From the NCBI GenBank assembly GCA_964016885.1, contig OZ024758.1, positions 8,494,001-8,558,000 of the forward strand: a stretch of DNA of 64,000 nucleotides. Reading direction: 5' to 3'. Source of the stretch: Eledone cirrhosa (taxonomy: Eukaryota). The notes under the pieces are model-generated. The model saw only the letters and a program-made list of their open reading frames with translations. It was not told where the DNA came from and made no database searches. Shown here piece by piece: positions 1-13,079 of this stretch (within the stretch, counting starts at the first letter, position 1; the number at the start of each line of letters is the position of its first letter). The translations under genes were made by a program, and so were the position numbers.

Positions 1-39
1 TATAATCATGAATCTTCAATAATGACTGAAAGAATATAA

Positions 40-420
40 TCACGAACACAAGTGGCCAAAATGGGTCTCCTGGTGGTTGGTTTTGCTTGTAAAATCAGTC
101 CAGTAATTCTTTCCTGAGACATTCTAACCACATACCCATAGAATCGAAGCTGTGATCTCTCAATTCAGAGAAGTAGCGGCTCTACCTGGAGTGACTCTCT
201 GATCTCTGAGCTTCAAATATCTCCAGTAATTCTTTCCTGAGACATTCTAACCACATACCCATAGAATCGAAGCTGTGATCTCTCAATCCGGAGAAATAGC
301 GGCTCTACCTGAAGTGACTCTTTGATCTCCAAGCTATGCATTCTATCGAGTAAGGTTACTCTAAAGACCTCATTTTCACTGCTCTTATTCATGATTGTAT
401 TCTTTCGGTCATTACCCAAG
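40..420 (-). mobile_element. RTE-clade (Rex3-like) LINE 3' fragment with internal ~123 bp tandem duplication
   Basis: Minus translation VEPLFLRIERSQLRFYGYVVRMSQER is the post-RT C-terminal motif of RTE LINEs; segment 101-215 recurs at 224-338; homologous to 43050-43470. Confidence 0.8.
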
Positions 421-879
421 ATTCATGATGATGATGATGATGATGCTTATTCCAATTTATACTTTTACATTCATCACTCAATTTATCCAGTTCCATAGAA
501 GACCAATTCTTATTTCAATTTCACCCAACATCTTTACCTATATTTATTTATTTTGATTAGTTTTCTTGTACCTTACCCTACCACACTCCACTCCACCCCA
601 CCTCACTCTGTTCCCAACATAGATTTGCTGTCATACATTCTAGTTTGATCTGAGACAAAAGTTAGAAATTGTTTTTACAAGTTGTACCAAGCAGTGTCTA
701 GACAAAGAGAGAAGAGGTGTAGAATTCTGTAAAATTATTTCTCTTTTACTCATTGAAGTAATTTCAAAGACATTATTTACGAGAATAAGTCACATGGACA
801 GTTGGAATGACTGTGATATTGCAGCCATTATTTAGAGAAGGTTAGCAGACCAACACCAACACACATACAGACACACAAG

Positions 880-1034
880 GTCACACATACAGACACATAC
901 ATGGACAACATACACTGACACACACATGTACACACATACACAGACACACACAAATATATATAAACTCTCTCTCTCTCACATACACACAGGAACACACATG
1001 TACACACAAATATATATATATATATATACATATA

Positions 1035-1093
<59 letters not shown>

Positions 1094-1132
1094 CTCTCTC
1101 TCACACATACACACAGGAACACACATGTACAC

Positions 1133-1221
<89 letters not shown>

Positions 1222-1430
1222 TCTCTCTCTCACATGCACATATATATATATATAAATTCTCTCTCTCACACATACACACAGGAACACACATGTACACACA
1301 AATATATATATATATATATATATACTGTATATATATATATATATATATATATATTCTCTCTCTCTCACACACATATATATATATATATAAACTTGCACAA
1401 ATACACACACACACACACACAGATATATAA
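880..1430. repeat. Compound (CA)/(TA)/(CT) microsatellite with higher-order unit
   Basis: Block ctctctcaca(ca)tacacacaggaacacacatgtacacacaaa(ta)n recurs three times. Confidence 0.9.
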
Positions 1431-1724
1431 ACTGGTTTGTGTTAAACCACAGTGAATGACACAAGACTGAAGAAGTTTCTTTTGATAAATGAAGAAATAA
1501 AGAATTTGTGAATACTTTAAGAAAGAAAAAAAAACGAAAAAAAAACATTAAAATATAGTTGAAGAACATAATTAAGAGAAGTGAGTTTGGGAGGTCACAA
1601 GTTTACAGAATTGGTCGAAATTTACTGTGATGAATTATTACAAGAATACATTAGTCTGTTTTCATCTATTCCATGTTTTTCCAATCATCTAACGTTACTT
1701 TTTTGTCCAAATTGGTACACGTAC

Positions 1725-1781
1725 GTATCCCTCTAGCCAGACAACATTTAACTCCTTTAGAAGGGAAGTAACTCAAGAACT
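1725..1781 (-). CDS. Candidate exon (57 nt, phase 1-1) of unidentified minus-strand gene: (Q)FLSYFPSKGVKCCLARGI
   Basis: Acceptor cacatttattatccag, donor TAC|gtacgt; only one frame open and it matches the phase of 1880-1943. Confidence 0.5.
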
Positions 1782-1879
1782 CTGGATAATAAATGTGGAG
1801 ACTGGTTCTACTCATGCCAGTATAGAAATGTAGATATAAAATGATGAGGATTATGATATATATATATATATATATATAC

Positions 1880-1943
1880 GTGTTAATTTCTCCTTCCACC
1901 TTTCGAGAATTTCTCCCTCTGCCTCTTGAGAATTTCTCACTTG
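1880..1943 (-). CDS. Candidate exon (64 nt, phase 0-1): QVRNSQEAEGEILERWKEKLT
   Basis: Acceptor gtttcttgacgtgttcgtag, donor C|gtatat; 98 nt intron to next exon. Confidence 0.5.
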
Positions 1944-2188
1944 CTACGAACACGTCAAGAAACAGTCCTTTTTTGAGAGGTCTCTTGATAAGCCCTATCA
2001 ACCTCACAGCAATATGCACTTATGAAGTGTTTTTTTTTTTTTTAAAGTTTTCCCTTCGATTTTATATGAAATTTAAACCATAGGTAAATGACAAGATATG
2101 ATGCCTATTCACAAAATTTCAATAATATTAAGACACCCTAATGGGGGTTAAGCCCCCTAGAGTGAAAAAGTGAAAATTTTGGCCAATA

Positions 2189-2510
2189 AATGGAACAAGA
2201 TGTGTTGTAGCAAGATTGCATGAGAACTTGATTAAAGCAACCATTATATTCAGGGCTTACAAAGGTCAAGCTCTTCTCATTCCGAGGATCCCACTTATAC
2301 CAAGTGATAGCGAGTGGCCTTTTACATTTAAGAGGCTGCAGTTCCCAGTGAGGCCATGCTTTGCCATGAGCATCAATAAGAGTCAAGGTCAAACTTTCAA
2401 AACTATTGGTATAGATCTGACAAACCCATCTTTCAGTCATGGCATGTTTTATGTGGCTGTTTCAAGGACTGGAACTTCAAAAAATCTCTACATTTTAGCC
2501 AATCAAGAAA
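2189..2510 (+). mobile_element. Helitron RepHel fragment, Pif1-family helicase C-terminus
   Basis: NGTRCVV...LIPRIPLIPSD..PFTFKRLQFPVRPCFAMSINKSQGQTF..IGIDL..PSFSHGMFYVAVSR; intronless, 5' truncated. Confidence 0.85.
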
Positions 2511-2699
2511 TGTTGTTTACCCTGAAGTTCTTCATTAGGACAGAGTATAAAATATATTTTCATGTATTTATTATGTTAAAAAATAAATAATTAAACTTTG
2601 AATTTCTAATTTGAAAATAATGCTTTACACAAAAGTGAAATGATCAAGTTTTGAATTGATATTTTGAAAAAAATTATTTACAAGAAACAAGTACTGAGG

Positions 2700-2890
2700 T
2701 CAATTCTTCTTCTATATCTCTTTCTCACGTCCATTCTCTCACTCTGTCTCTATCCTTCTCTGGAAGAAATCTTCTGTATTCAGTCAGACCTGGAGAAGAG
2801 ATGGGCTCCACCAGGTTTTATAATGTCCTAGAAACACCGTATGTCAATATGGTGCCCCTACAACTCCCTCAGGACTTACGGGACGGGACC
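2700..2890 (+). mobile_element. Dispersed repeat (3' tail segment that follows the SINE body in other copies)
   Basis: tctctggaagaaatc...ctagaaacaccgtatgtc...ctacaactcc also at 8880-9050, 17760-18150, 19740-19860, 42800-42970 and inverted at 37290-37350. Confidence 0.7.
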
Positions 2891-2914
2891 TTGCATGCAA
2901 AGTTGTGGCAAAGT

Positions 2915-3060
2915 TGTTGTTGTTGTTTAGTCCTAAGTTAGCCATTTCAGACATTCCCTTTATATAATAGTAGGACATGATTTGAGGGAGATTTGTCTGT
3001 TATTTCTAGCAGGTTAAGCAACTCAGCAGGATATCCCTCACTAGCTTGCTGTTGTATTGG
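2915..3060 (+). repeat. Second dispersed repeat family (gttgttgtttag...gatttgagggagattt..ctgttatttctagcagg)
   Basis: Related copies at 9310-9500 (-), 13410-13485 (-), 15290-15400 (-), 18540-18740, 18955-19110, 54890-55040, 58100-58295 (-). Confidence 0.65.
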
Positions 3061-3129
3061 TGGTAGCGATGATGATGATGATGGTTGTTTTGAAAGCAAT
3101 CCAATCGTGGCAATAATAATAATGATGAA

Positions 3130-3163
<34 letters not shown>

Positions 3164-3900
3164 TTGTGGTGGTGGTGGTGGTGGTGCTCATGGAAGGTGG
3201 AGTGATCATAGCGTTGATAGTTGTAGTGCTGATGATGATGGGAGTAATGTTATTGGAAGAAATGGTGGAGAAAATGGTAGTGGTGATGGTGGTGGTGTGG
3301 TGGTGGAGGAGGTGATGGTGGTAGTGGTGGTGGTGTGGTGGTAGAGGTGATAGAGGTAGTGGTGTGGTGGTAGTGGTGGTGGAGGAGGTGATGGTGGTAG
3401 TGGTGGTGGTGATGGTGGTAGAGGTGATAGAGGTAGTGGTGTGGTGGTAGTGGTGGTGGAGGAGGTGATGGTGGTGGTGGTATGGTGGTGGAGGTGATGG
3501 TGGTAGTGGTGTGGTGGTGGTGGTGGTGGTGGTGGAGGAGGTGATGGTGGTAGTGGTGGTAGAGGTGCTGGTAATGGTGGTGGTGGAGGAGGTGATGGTG
3601 GTAGAGGTGGTGGAGGTGCTGGTAATGGTGGTAGAGGTGGTGGAGGTGGTAGAGGTGGTGGAGGTGGTGATGGTGGTAGTGGTGGTGGTGATGGTGGTAA
3701 TGGTGGTGGTGGTGGAGGGGTGATGGTGGTAGTGGTGTGGTGGTGGTGGTAGTGGAGTTGGTGGTAGTGGTTTAAGAGACAGTATTGAAAGTAATGGTGG
3801 TGGTGGTGGTGGCAGTGTTGAAGGCAATGATGGTGGTGGTGGTGGTGGTGGTGTTGAAGGCAATAGAGTTAATGGTGGCAGCGAAGGACCCTCAGTGATG
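3060..3900. repeat. (GAT)n/(GGT)n low-complexity tract
   Basis: Trinucleotide runs giving poly-T/P/H/V ORFs. Confidence 0.95.
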
Positions 3901-4428
3901 GTGGTATTGTGTAAATGAGGCAGTATGGGTGCTAGTGGGTGGCTGATAATATTGCCTCAATATACTGAATAATGGAGCTTGGAGCTAATCTGGGCTGCTA
4001 GTGAAAAACACTCCATTTTCTTTTTGCCATCGTATATTTAATAAGTATATTTAATCTCTTTAAAAATATAAATATAGGAAACAAATATATAAAATGTTTG
4101 ATTAAAAGAAGCTTAAATACATACATATCGCAAATTAATTTGTAAAGCGAATGTGAAAAATTATAGAAACATTATTGTCTTGCCTATGTTTCTTTCCCTC
4201 ACTGCCGTCACTCGTACACCAATTCTGAAAATCACACTTCCCTTTTATGTTTGATGTAGCCAGTAGCCATCTCTTAATTTCCCACCACTAAAATGTGACA
4301 ATATGTTCCCACTTGCATACGATACAATGCAGCACTCCATATGGAAAGATGGAAAACTTATCACAGCTTCACAAATAGCCACAGGGTAAAATATCAGAGA
4401 AGCAAATCTGACAGATTATATTCACGTA

Positions 4429-4522
<94 letters not shown>

Positions 4523-4699
4523 CATGTCTCTAAGTATACATTCATATACATATTTATAAATAGACATTATATAACTATATAATATGTATATAGCATTAAA
4601 TGATTTAAGAACTCATATCTCTCAAATGAATTTGTTAGATATATATAAATATATATATATATATATAAATATACATATCATATATACAAATATACATGA

Positions 4700-4740
<41 letters not shown>

Positions 4741-5193
4741 CATATATATACACAAACACATGTAAATACATGTACATCTTTATATGTGTATATACACACA
4801 TATATATCTACACACACACATATACATATACAATATTAAACTCCTTGATAAAAAGATATATTTTTTTCTATATTTCCCTATTCTTTCTTTTCTTTTGCGT
4901 TTCCTTTTTTTTTTTTTTTTAATTATAGCTGTTACCCAAATATGTGTTTGCACACATAAGTAATATATCATCATCATCATCATCATCATTTTGTGCCCAT
5001 TTTTCCATATCAGCATGGGCTGTATAGTTTTTGTTATGGTCAACATCATTTTACAGAGACAGCAACAGAGAAAACTGGACAACTTTGTTGCTGTACGCTA
5101 TACAATGCTGACTGAGTGTACATCACTCTGGTATCAACATTAGAGAGATTGTCCCATGTGGGTAGCCTCTGCTGTTGTTTGCAAAGTCCACAT

Positions 5194-5376
5194 AATTGTT
5201 TCTACTTTAGGCACAAGGCCAGCAATTACCCAGTGCATTACTGGTACTTTATTTTATTGACCCCGTAAGGATGAAAGGCAAAGTCAACCTCGGCGGGATT
5301 TGAACTCAGATCATAAAGGGACGCAACTCTATGCTTCAAAGCATGGCGTCCGACCCTCTACCGATACTGCCAATCC
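5194..5376 (-). mobile_element. tRNA-derived SINE, full length
   Basis: Minus strand has A-box-like tggcagtatcggt, B-box gagttcaaatcc and central ctttgcctttcatcc..gggtc.ataaaataaagtaccag block (resembles the Meta-SINE domain as I recall it); near-identical to 24677-24853 and 61173-61361. Confidence 0.85.
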
Positions 5377-5684
5377 CCCAATGTTCACACATTTTATTTT
5401 TTGCATGGTTATTACAGATGGATATTCTTTCTATCACTAGCCACTATGTAGAGTATATTGAGAGTATTTTATAGCAGCAGAGATGTTGTCACAAGGAGTA
5501 CTAAAGAGACTTATCTGTCCTCTTTACCAATCCCACTGTATGGCACCCTGGGCCTAGCCTGAAGTGAAATGTGGTAGAAGGAAACAGTAAGCCAATCAGA
5601 GGGACCCTGTCTGCTCTTGGGTGAGACTAAGTTCAGTGGAGCTGGTACTAAAGATAAAAGATACAACATGTTAGTGTAGTAGTA

Positions 5685-5850
5685 GTTGTAGTGTGATGTG
5701 TTGTGGTAGTAGCATATGTTGGTGTTGTAGTGTGATGTGTTGTGGTCGTAGCATATGTTGGTGTTGTAGTGTGATGTGTTGTGGTCGTAGCATATGTTGG
5801 TGTTGTAGTGTGATGTGTTGTGGTAGTAGCATATGTTGGTGTTGTAGTGT
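5685..5850. repeat. 39-bp minisatellite, ~4 copies
   Basis: Unit gttgtagtgtgatgtgttgtggt(a/c)gtagcatatgttggt. Confidence 0.9.
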
Positions 5851-6224
5851 AATATGTTGATATGGGTGTTTAAAGGCTGAAGGTTTGCTAAATGTTGTGG
5901 TTGTAGTGTGGTGTGTGGATGTTGTAGAGTGGTGTGTTGTGGTAGTAGCATGATATATTGCTGTAGTAGTGTGGTGTGTTGGCATGGGTGGTTAAAGGCT
6001 GAAGGTTTGCTAGATGTGTTGGTGTTGGTGTTTGAAGGTTTGTCTCGAATATGTGTTTAGCAGTGGCATTTCTCCAAATATGTGAACAAGTGTTACAAGA
6101 CTGGCTCCCCTAAACATCTTCCACTCTGTTACACTAACATGGCTACAATATACTAAGAACTACCTTCATCATTGTTATCTAGAGAGCAAATAGAGATTGG
6201 AGAGAAATGAAGCAAACATGCTTA

Positions 6225-6385
6225 TAATGTATGTGTGAGCAGGCCCAATGGATGTGTGATGTTAATATGCATGGACAAGTTGAGAGAAAAACTGGGTATA
6301 AGAGGATTCAAATGTAGTGTGCTGATATGGACATATGGATGATGCTTATGGCTGATGATTGTTGGGTGAAGAAGTACCAGGAGTT
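6225..6385 (+). mobile_element. Degenerate RTE LINE C-terminal fragment
   Basis: Frameshifted WMCDV...LREKLGIRG...YGHM..MADDCWVKK. Confidence 0.55.
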
Positions 6386-6387
6386 CC

Positions 6388-6925
6388 TAGTAGTTAGTTT
6401 TATAGTATTAAAACACAGTATGTTGCTAATTTATAGTGCTGTAATATGGAAAAGATAGTAGTTAGTTTTATAGTATGAAAACATAGTATGTTGCTAATTT
6501 ATAGTGCTGTAATATGGAAAAGATAGTAGTTAGTTTTATAGTATGAAAACATAGTATGTTGCTAATTTATAGTGATGTAATATGGAAAAGATAGTAGTTA
6601 GTTTTATAGTATAAAAACATAGTATGTTGCTAATTTATAGTGCTGTAATATGGAAAAGATAGTAGTTAGTTTTATAGTATGAAAACATAGTTAGTATGTT
6701 GCTAATTTATAGTGCTGTAATATCTAAAAAAAACTAGTTAGTTTTATAGTATGAAAATATGGTTAGTACGTTGCTAATTTATAGTGCTGTAATATGGAAA
6801 AATCTAGTTAGTTTTATAGTATAAAAATATAGTTAGTACGTTGTTGATCTTTACTGTAATATGGAAAAGATAGTAATTAGTTTTATGATATGAAAATATG
6901 TATGTTGCTAATGTAGTGCTGCTAA
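6388..6925. repeat. 68-bp tandem repeat, ~8 copies
   Basis: Unit tagtagttagttttatagtatgaaaacatagtatgttgctaatttatagtgctgtaatatggaaaaga. Confidence 0.95.
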
Positions 6926-7591
6926 TGTTTAACATTCGTTACCTCACCATTATGCTGCTGACATGCAACACAGTATGAGTGTGTCGTTTGTGTGTAGTAA
7001 CTACAGAAGGTTAGCAACCATAGCATAGTTGAAAAGCACACCATCAGTCTTAGCAAAAAGATTAAAAGTTTCACTTAGAGTTTTTCCATAATTGATTATT
7101 TCACATATTTTCTCCACGTGTCTTAACCAATTAGAGACCACAGCAGATGTTCAATATCATAACAACAACAGTGAAAAAATCTCAGTACCCATTTCCCATT
7201 GATAATCAATCAATAGAAATTAATCACGCAGGATTATGACACATTCCTTGTATCAAGGCAGACTAAGGAGAGGAAAAAAATCAGAAAGAAGGAAAGAAAT
7301 AAAAGAAGGGAGAGAAGGAAAGGGAGGATAAATCTTTAGAAACCAGGTGAGATTTTCTCATTGTGAAAGAAAATAGATGTACTGGGCAGTAGTGTGCAAA
7401 GTAAAGGCCTACACATTTGGAAAGTGAGTTCACAAGATATGGAAGGGTGTTCTATTTCACACAAGCTGATCGTTAGAAAAACTACAACTAAAAGAGTAAC
7501 AATGAGATTGGACATTCAATTCAAAGTGAGCTTAGCTGACAAGTTGGCATTCTTAGAAACTGCAAAGAAATGCTAAATCAAAATTTGGCAC

Positions 7592-7747
7592 CATTAATTG
7601 CGGAATCTGTTTCATTATTGCATCGGTTTGGTGATTTCTCATCAAACTGACGATTCTGTCACTTGGAGTTTTTGCTAATTCCATCTCATTTAATGAGTAT
7701 TTTACACTTCGCACACTTTTATTCTGACACATTAACACTTTGCTTAA
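7592..7747 (-). CDS. Weak candidate exon (156 nt, phase 0-0): LSKVLMCQNKSVRSVKYSLNEMELAKTPSDRIVSLMRNHQTDAIMKQIPQLM
   Basis: 75-codon open frame in unique sequence, acceptor aaattccag; donor gtgcca is weak. Confidence 0.25.
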
Positions 7748-8045
7748 CTGGAATTTCTCAAAGCTTAATGTTAAGAAGTTCGGTAGTTATGGTACATTAA
7801 CTTATTGGCTCCATTCTTTAAGTAATTCCCTCAGCTAAGCAGTCAAAGAACTACAAAAAATTTACAGCATAGGTAGCAATGAAGAAGGGTAGGAGGAGAA
7901 GAAGAAGAAAGAAAATAAACAAACAATAATAAAATGAAGAAAGGAATAAAGTATGCAATTTTATTCAATATGGCGGGAAAAGTAATTAACATTTAGTTTG
8001 ATATTTTCAGTGACATGTTGCATATTTTAACTGATGAAGACTTAC

Positions 8046-8081
8046 ACAACAGAGATTAAAAGTACTGAGAAACTCCTTTAT
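8046..8081 (-). CDS. Candidate micro-exon (36 nt, phase 0-0): IKEFLSTFNLCC
   Basis: Strong donor gtaagt; weak acceptor gactggaag; phase fits 9781-9841. Confidence 0.3.
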
Positions 8082-8257
8082 CTTCCAGTCATATTATTAA
8101 GAGAAATATATACTTTTTTGTTGTTGTTTTATTAGAAGGAGGGGGGGGGGGGCTTTTAGTAACAAGTTATTGGTATTGAGGACATAACAATGTCACATTA
8201 ATGGTGGATGGGGATATTTTTCACGTTACAAATGGTGACACGGTAAATTATCATCAG

Positions 8258-8575
8258 CAAATGTCATGGTATTTTAATGTGGGCAAATGTCATGGTGGGT
8301 TAATATGGGCAAATGTCATGGTGTCTTGATATAGGCAAATGACATTGTATTTTGATATGGGCAAAGACCATGGTGTGTTGATGAGGATAAATGTCATGGT
8401 GTGTTGATGTGGCAAAGGCCATGGTGTGGTGATGAGGGCAAATGTTAGGGTGTGTTGATGTGGGCAAATGTCATGATTTAGTTGACATAGACAATAGCAA
8501 TGGTGTGGTGACATAGACAAAGACCATGGTGTGGTGACATAGACAAAGGCCATAGTGTGGTGATATGGACAATGA
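8258..8575. repeat. Degenerate ~26-bp minisatellite
   Basis: Repeated gggcaaatgtcatggtgtgttgat-like units. Confidence 0.8.
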
Positions 8576-8719
8576 AACTATCCATTGCTGTTTGGTCAAG
8601 TCTTCATAATGAGAGTTATCCCTCAATGGATGACCACTCCTATGGCATATATAAGAGACCCGTGATATTCAATTCCTTGACAGTTCACACCATCAGACAT
8701 TCTGTCTATGTGTCATTAA

Positions 8720-9050
8720 GGTGGCAAATTGACAGAGTTGTTAGAATGTCAGATAGAATGTTTTGTAGTATTAGTTTTAGCTCCTTGCTTCCGGAGTTCA
8801 AATCTTGCTGAGGTTAACTTTGTCTTTTATCCTTACGGGGTCGATAAAAAAAAGTACCAGTCAAGAACTGGGGTTAATTCTTCCTCTATATCTCTTTCTC
8901 ACTTTCCTTCACTTTCTATCTTTCTCTGAAAGAAATCTGCTGTACTCAGACTTGGAGAGGGATGGGCTCTGCCAGGCTTAAAAATGCCCTAGAAACGCTG
9001 TATGTCACTATGGCAACCCTACAACTCCTTCAGGAGTTATGGGAGAAAAC
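8720..9050 (+). mobile_element. tRNA-derived SINE plus tail
   Basis: gagttcaaatc B-box, gttaactttgtcttttatccttacggggtcgataaaa core, tail family. Confidence 0.75.
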
Positions 9051-9780
9051 AAAAACAAAAAACTATGTGTCATTGGCCTGCTCGATCAAGGTTGACAGGG
9101 GCTACACAACAACATGTTCTTGGCAGATTTTGAACTTTTAATAGTTTTTATCTTTTCAGAAATGAATATGGAGCAATTATGACAGAATTAACATCCCAAA
9201 AGTTGTTGACCTTTTATGATACATGCGTTCACAGCATATTACAGTATTGCTCCAATACTAACAACAGTAATTCCGTCATAATAACACCCCCCAAATATAC
9301 TTCTCATCTACAAGCTCACTCAGATTGCAAGAAATAGCAGATAAATATCCCTCATATCACTACTTACTATCTTACAAAAGGAAGGACACATTGGATAATG
9401 AAGTCCTAAATACACTATGGCTGAAAATAAAATATGGGATTATCATAACTGGAATGATTTTGATATAGGTCTGCTGGATGAGGGCTGACATGAGGATAAA
9501 CATTTATCACCAACCTAGGAAGAACTCCAAAGGTTATGGATGTGGTTCATCTAATTTTTGATAAAGAAAAGGTTTGCTGACCAAAGCATAATCTGGTGTG
9601 ATATGAACTCAGTGAAATGTTTTTAAGTACTATAAATGCATCCATAATTTACTTTGCTGCATAACAAATTTACAGGTAAATGCATTGCATCTTACATATT
9701 AGCAATTATTGAAAGTGTTAAGGTTTGTCAGCAAAGAGATATCAAGGATATAATTATATCTGACAGGTTATACCATTTAC

Positions 9781-9841
9781 CTCAGGGACCTTTATCCTTA
9801 CAACACCACAGCTACTGGCAGCGATGTGTAATATATCTGTT
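9781..9841 (-). CDS. Candidate exon (61 nt, phase 2-0): (K)TDILHIAASSCGVVRIKVPE
   Basis: Acceptor ggttccctattag, donor GAG|gtaaat; only one open frame, matching the phase-2 end of 14330-14387. Confidence 0.55.
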
Positions 9842-10139
9842 CTAATAGGGAACCAGTTGTTAAGGAGTCAAACCTTTCGTATAGTACACAACTATTGGAA
9901 GCAATCTCGAATGGTTCCTATTGCTCATCTAACTACTTTAATTGTAAATCATCTTTTCAATATCTTCAATTACCCCTAGTAGTGCAAATATATATGTGTG
10001 TGTGTGTGTGAGTGTTCATGTGTATATATTATATATATATCCATACACACATGTATCTATCTCTCTCTCTCTATATATATATATACACACACCATTATCA
10101 TGATATATATATGTGTGTGTATGTTGTGTTGGTACCACA

Positions 10140-10500
10140 AAACACCCAGCCCACACTATAAAGTGGTTGTGTAAAAGAAACGGCAAAAAGCACCCAGCCC
10201 ACACTGTAAAGTGGTCGTGTAAAAGACATGGCAAGAAGCACCCAGCCCACACTGTAAAGTGGTCGTGTAAAAGACATGGCAAAAAGCACCCAGCCCACAC
10301 TGTAAAGTGGTCGTGTAAAAGACATGGCAAAAAGCTCCCAGCACACACTGTAAATGTGGCTGGCGTTGGGCAGGCCATCCAGCCATAGAAAACCAACCAG
10401 AAACAGTCCTATATGAGCAAGGCACGGTCACCCAACCCAACTTGCCTCTAAATGGGATAAACCCGTCTAACCCATGGAAGGTAGACGTTAAACGATGTTG
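10140..10500 (+). repeat. 48-bp tandem array (~4.5 copies) running into a retroposon-like 3' tail
   Basis: Unit aaaaagcacccagcccacactgtaaagtggtcgtgtaaaagacatggc, then ggcgttggg..ggccatccagccatagaaa...aaacgatgttgatgatgat tail. Confidence 0.85.
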
Positions 10501-10532
10501 ATGATGATATATATATATATATATACACCCAT

Positions 10533-10575
<43 letters not shown>

Positions 10576-10738
10576 TACAAATAAAATACACATGCATGTA
10601 CACATATATATATATACATACACACACATAAGTCTATGCATTTGAAAATGTATGCATGTATGTACAACATAAGTGTGAGCTATGATTGCATATTAAAAAT
10701 AGATGTGTGTACACACACAGACACACACACACAGACAG

Positions 10739-10770
<32 letters not shown>

Positions 10771-10949
10771 ACACACACACACACACAGACACACACACAC
10801 ACACAGACACACACACACATAGAAGTCGGAGGGTATGGCGTAATATGCATATTGCAGTGAAAAGGTGGTAAGTTTTATTAATGAAAAATTCTTTCAATAA
10901 CAAGTGAAATTCACTGTCTATTAATTAGTTGAGGTGATTCTTCATAGCA

Positions 10950-12040
10950 CAGTGGAGGTGGTGGTGGTGGTGTGGTGGTGGTGTGGTGGTGTTGTGTTGT
11001 TGTGGTGGTGTGGTGGTGGTGGTGTGGTGTTGTGGTGGTGGTGTAGTGTTGGTGGTGGTGGTGGTGTAGTGTTGTTGTGGTGGTGGTGGTGGTGTAGTGT
11101 TGTTGTGTGTAGTGGTGTTGTGGTGGTGTGGTGGTGGTGTGGTGGTGTTGTGGTGGTGTGGTGGTGTGGTGGTGTTGTGGTGGTGGTGGTGGTGGTGTGG
11201 TGGTGTGGTGGTGTTGTGGTGGTGGTGGTGGTGTGGTGGTGTAGTGGTGTTGTGGTGGTGGTGGTGTAGTGTTGTGGTGATGGTGGTGTAGTGTTATGGT
11301 GATGGTGGTGGTAGTGATGGTGGTGGTGTAGTGTTGTTGTGGTGTTGTGGTGGTGGTGGTGGCGTAGTGTTGTGGTGATGGTGGTGGTAGTGATGGTGGT
11401 GGTGTAGTGTTGTGGTGGTCGTGGTAGTGTAATATTGTGGTGATGGTGGTGGTAGTGGTGGTAGTGTAGTGTTGTGATGATGGTGGTGGTGGTGGTGTAG
11501 TGCACAGAGCAGAGTGTTGAAGGTGTGGTGGTGGCAGTGGACCTGATGGTGTGAGGTTGATGGTGGTGGTGGTGGTGGTGGTGTTGGTGTAGTGTAGTGT
11601 TGAAGGTGTGGTGGTGGTGGTGGTGGTGGCGTCAGAATTGCATAAAGTGGAGTTGGGTGTAAAACAATGGTGAAGGTATGGAGTGGGGGGTGGGGTTGGT
11701 ATGGTGGAGGGGTAGTGGTTGTCATGGGGAATGTTGTGGGAGGAGGCTAAATAAGAATGGTGGCGGTGTTGGTGGCGGTGACGGTAGGGGTGGTGGCAAT
11801 GACGGTGCTAGTGGTGGTGGTGTTAGGGAGAGGTGGTGGTGGCTGTAGTGTTGAAGGTGGTGGTGGAAGTGATGGTGGTGAAGGTGGTGGAGGTGGTGGA
11901 AGTGATGGTGAAGGTGGTGGCTGTGGTGGTGGCTGTGGTGGCTGTGGTGGAGGTGGTGGTGGTAGTGGTGGTGAAGGTGGTGGCTGTGGTGGTGGAGGTG
12001 GTGGCTGTGGTGGTGGAGGTGGTAGTGGTGATGATGAGCA
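10950..12040. repeat. (GGT/GTT/GTA)n low-complexity tract
   Basis: G+T-skewed trinucleotide mosaic. Confidence 0.95.
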
Positions 12041-12138
12041 CTCAGCCTGAGGAATGTTTACTGGTTTGTTTGTAGTCCACTAGGTAAAAAGTGAGAAAAA
12101 AAGAGGGAGAGAGAGAGAAAGTGTAGAAAGGTTTTTGT

Positions 12139-12420
12139 GATGGGGTGAGCGTAGGTGATTGGAGTGAGCGTAAGTGATTGGAGTGAGTGTAGGTGATTGG
12201 AGTGAGTGTAAGTGATTGGAGTGAGTGTAGGTGATTGGGGTGAGTGTAGGTGATTGGGGTGAGTGTAAGTGATTGGGGTGAGTGTAAGTGATTGGAGTGA
12301 GTGTAAGTGATTGGAGTGAGTGTAGGTGATTGGGGTGAGTGTAGGTGATTGGGGTGAGTGTAGGTGATTGGGGTGAGTGTAAGTGATTGGGGTGAGTGTA
12401 AGTGATTGGGGTGAGTGTGT
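12139..12420. repeat. 20-bp minisatellite, ~14 copies
   Basis: Unit gtgagtgta(g/a)gtgattgg(g/a). Confidence 0.95.
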
Positions 12421-12609
12421 GTGTAACAGAAACACAACAACAACAGAAACACAGCGCTGTCTGTTTGTCCATCTCTCATGCACACTTTATATATAGAGGG
12501 GTCTCCCCAATGAAAGATATGGACATAGATAGAGGGAACAAAGTTTGTTTTGGAGGTGACAGAAAGGGGTAGATACACAGAAAGGAGAAGATGTCACCCT
12601 CATCTAGTA

Positions 12610-12780
12610 ATAATTGTTTCTACTTTTGGCACAAGGCCAGCAATTACCCAGTGCATTACTGGTACTTTATTTTACCGACCCTGTAATAATTGTTTCTACT
12701 TTTGGCACAAGGCCAGCAATTACCCAGTGCATTACTGGTACTTTATTTTATCGACCCCGTAAGGATGAAAGGCAAAGTTA
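12610..12780 (-). mobile_element. Two tandem truncated SINE 3' ends
   Basis: taattgtttctacttttggcacaaggccagcaattacccagtgcattactggtacttt repeated twice. Confidence 0.85.
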
Positions 12781-13079
12781 ATATTATATAGAGAGAGACA
12801 ATCCCAGTACATCACAGCATCAATCACAATAAACAACAGCTAGTTGGCCCTCATCGATGTAAACATGAGCTATGCCAGCCCTCATATTGGTAAACTATAG
12901 AAGTTGTTTATCTTTATTTCTAAAAATGCTGTCTGATGAAATCGTGCCGATGATTGCTTGGTGATTACATCAGCTAATCATCAACCCCAGAGAAATATGT
13001 ATAATAGCTCATTGGAATAAATTTATGAAGAACTGTATATGGTCTTCACAATTGTTTACTATATATATAAAGTAGAAGT

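Noticed and set aside
9165-9256. Terminal 8-bp stem (ggagcaat/attgctcc) suggesting snoRNA or miRNA
   Set aside because: No C/D or H/ACA boxes and no extended hairpin
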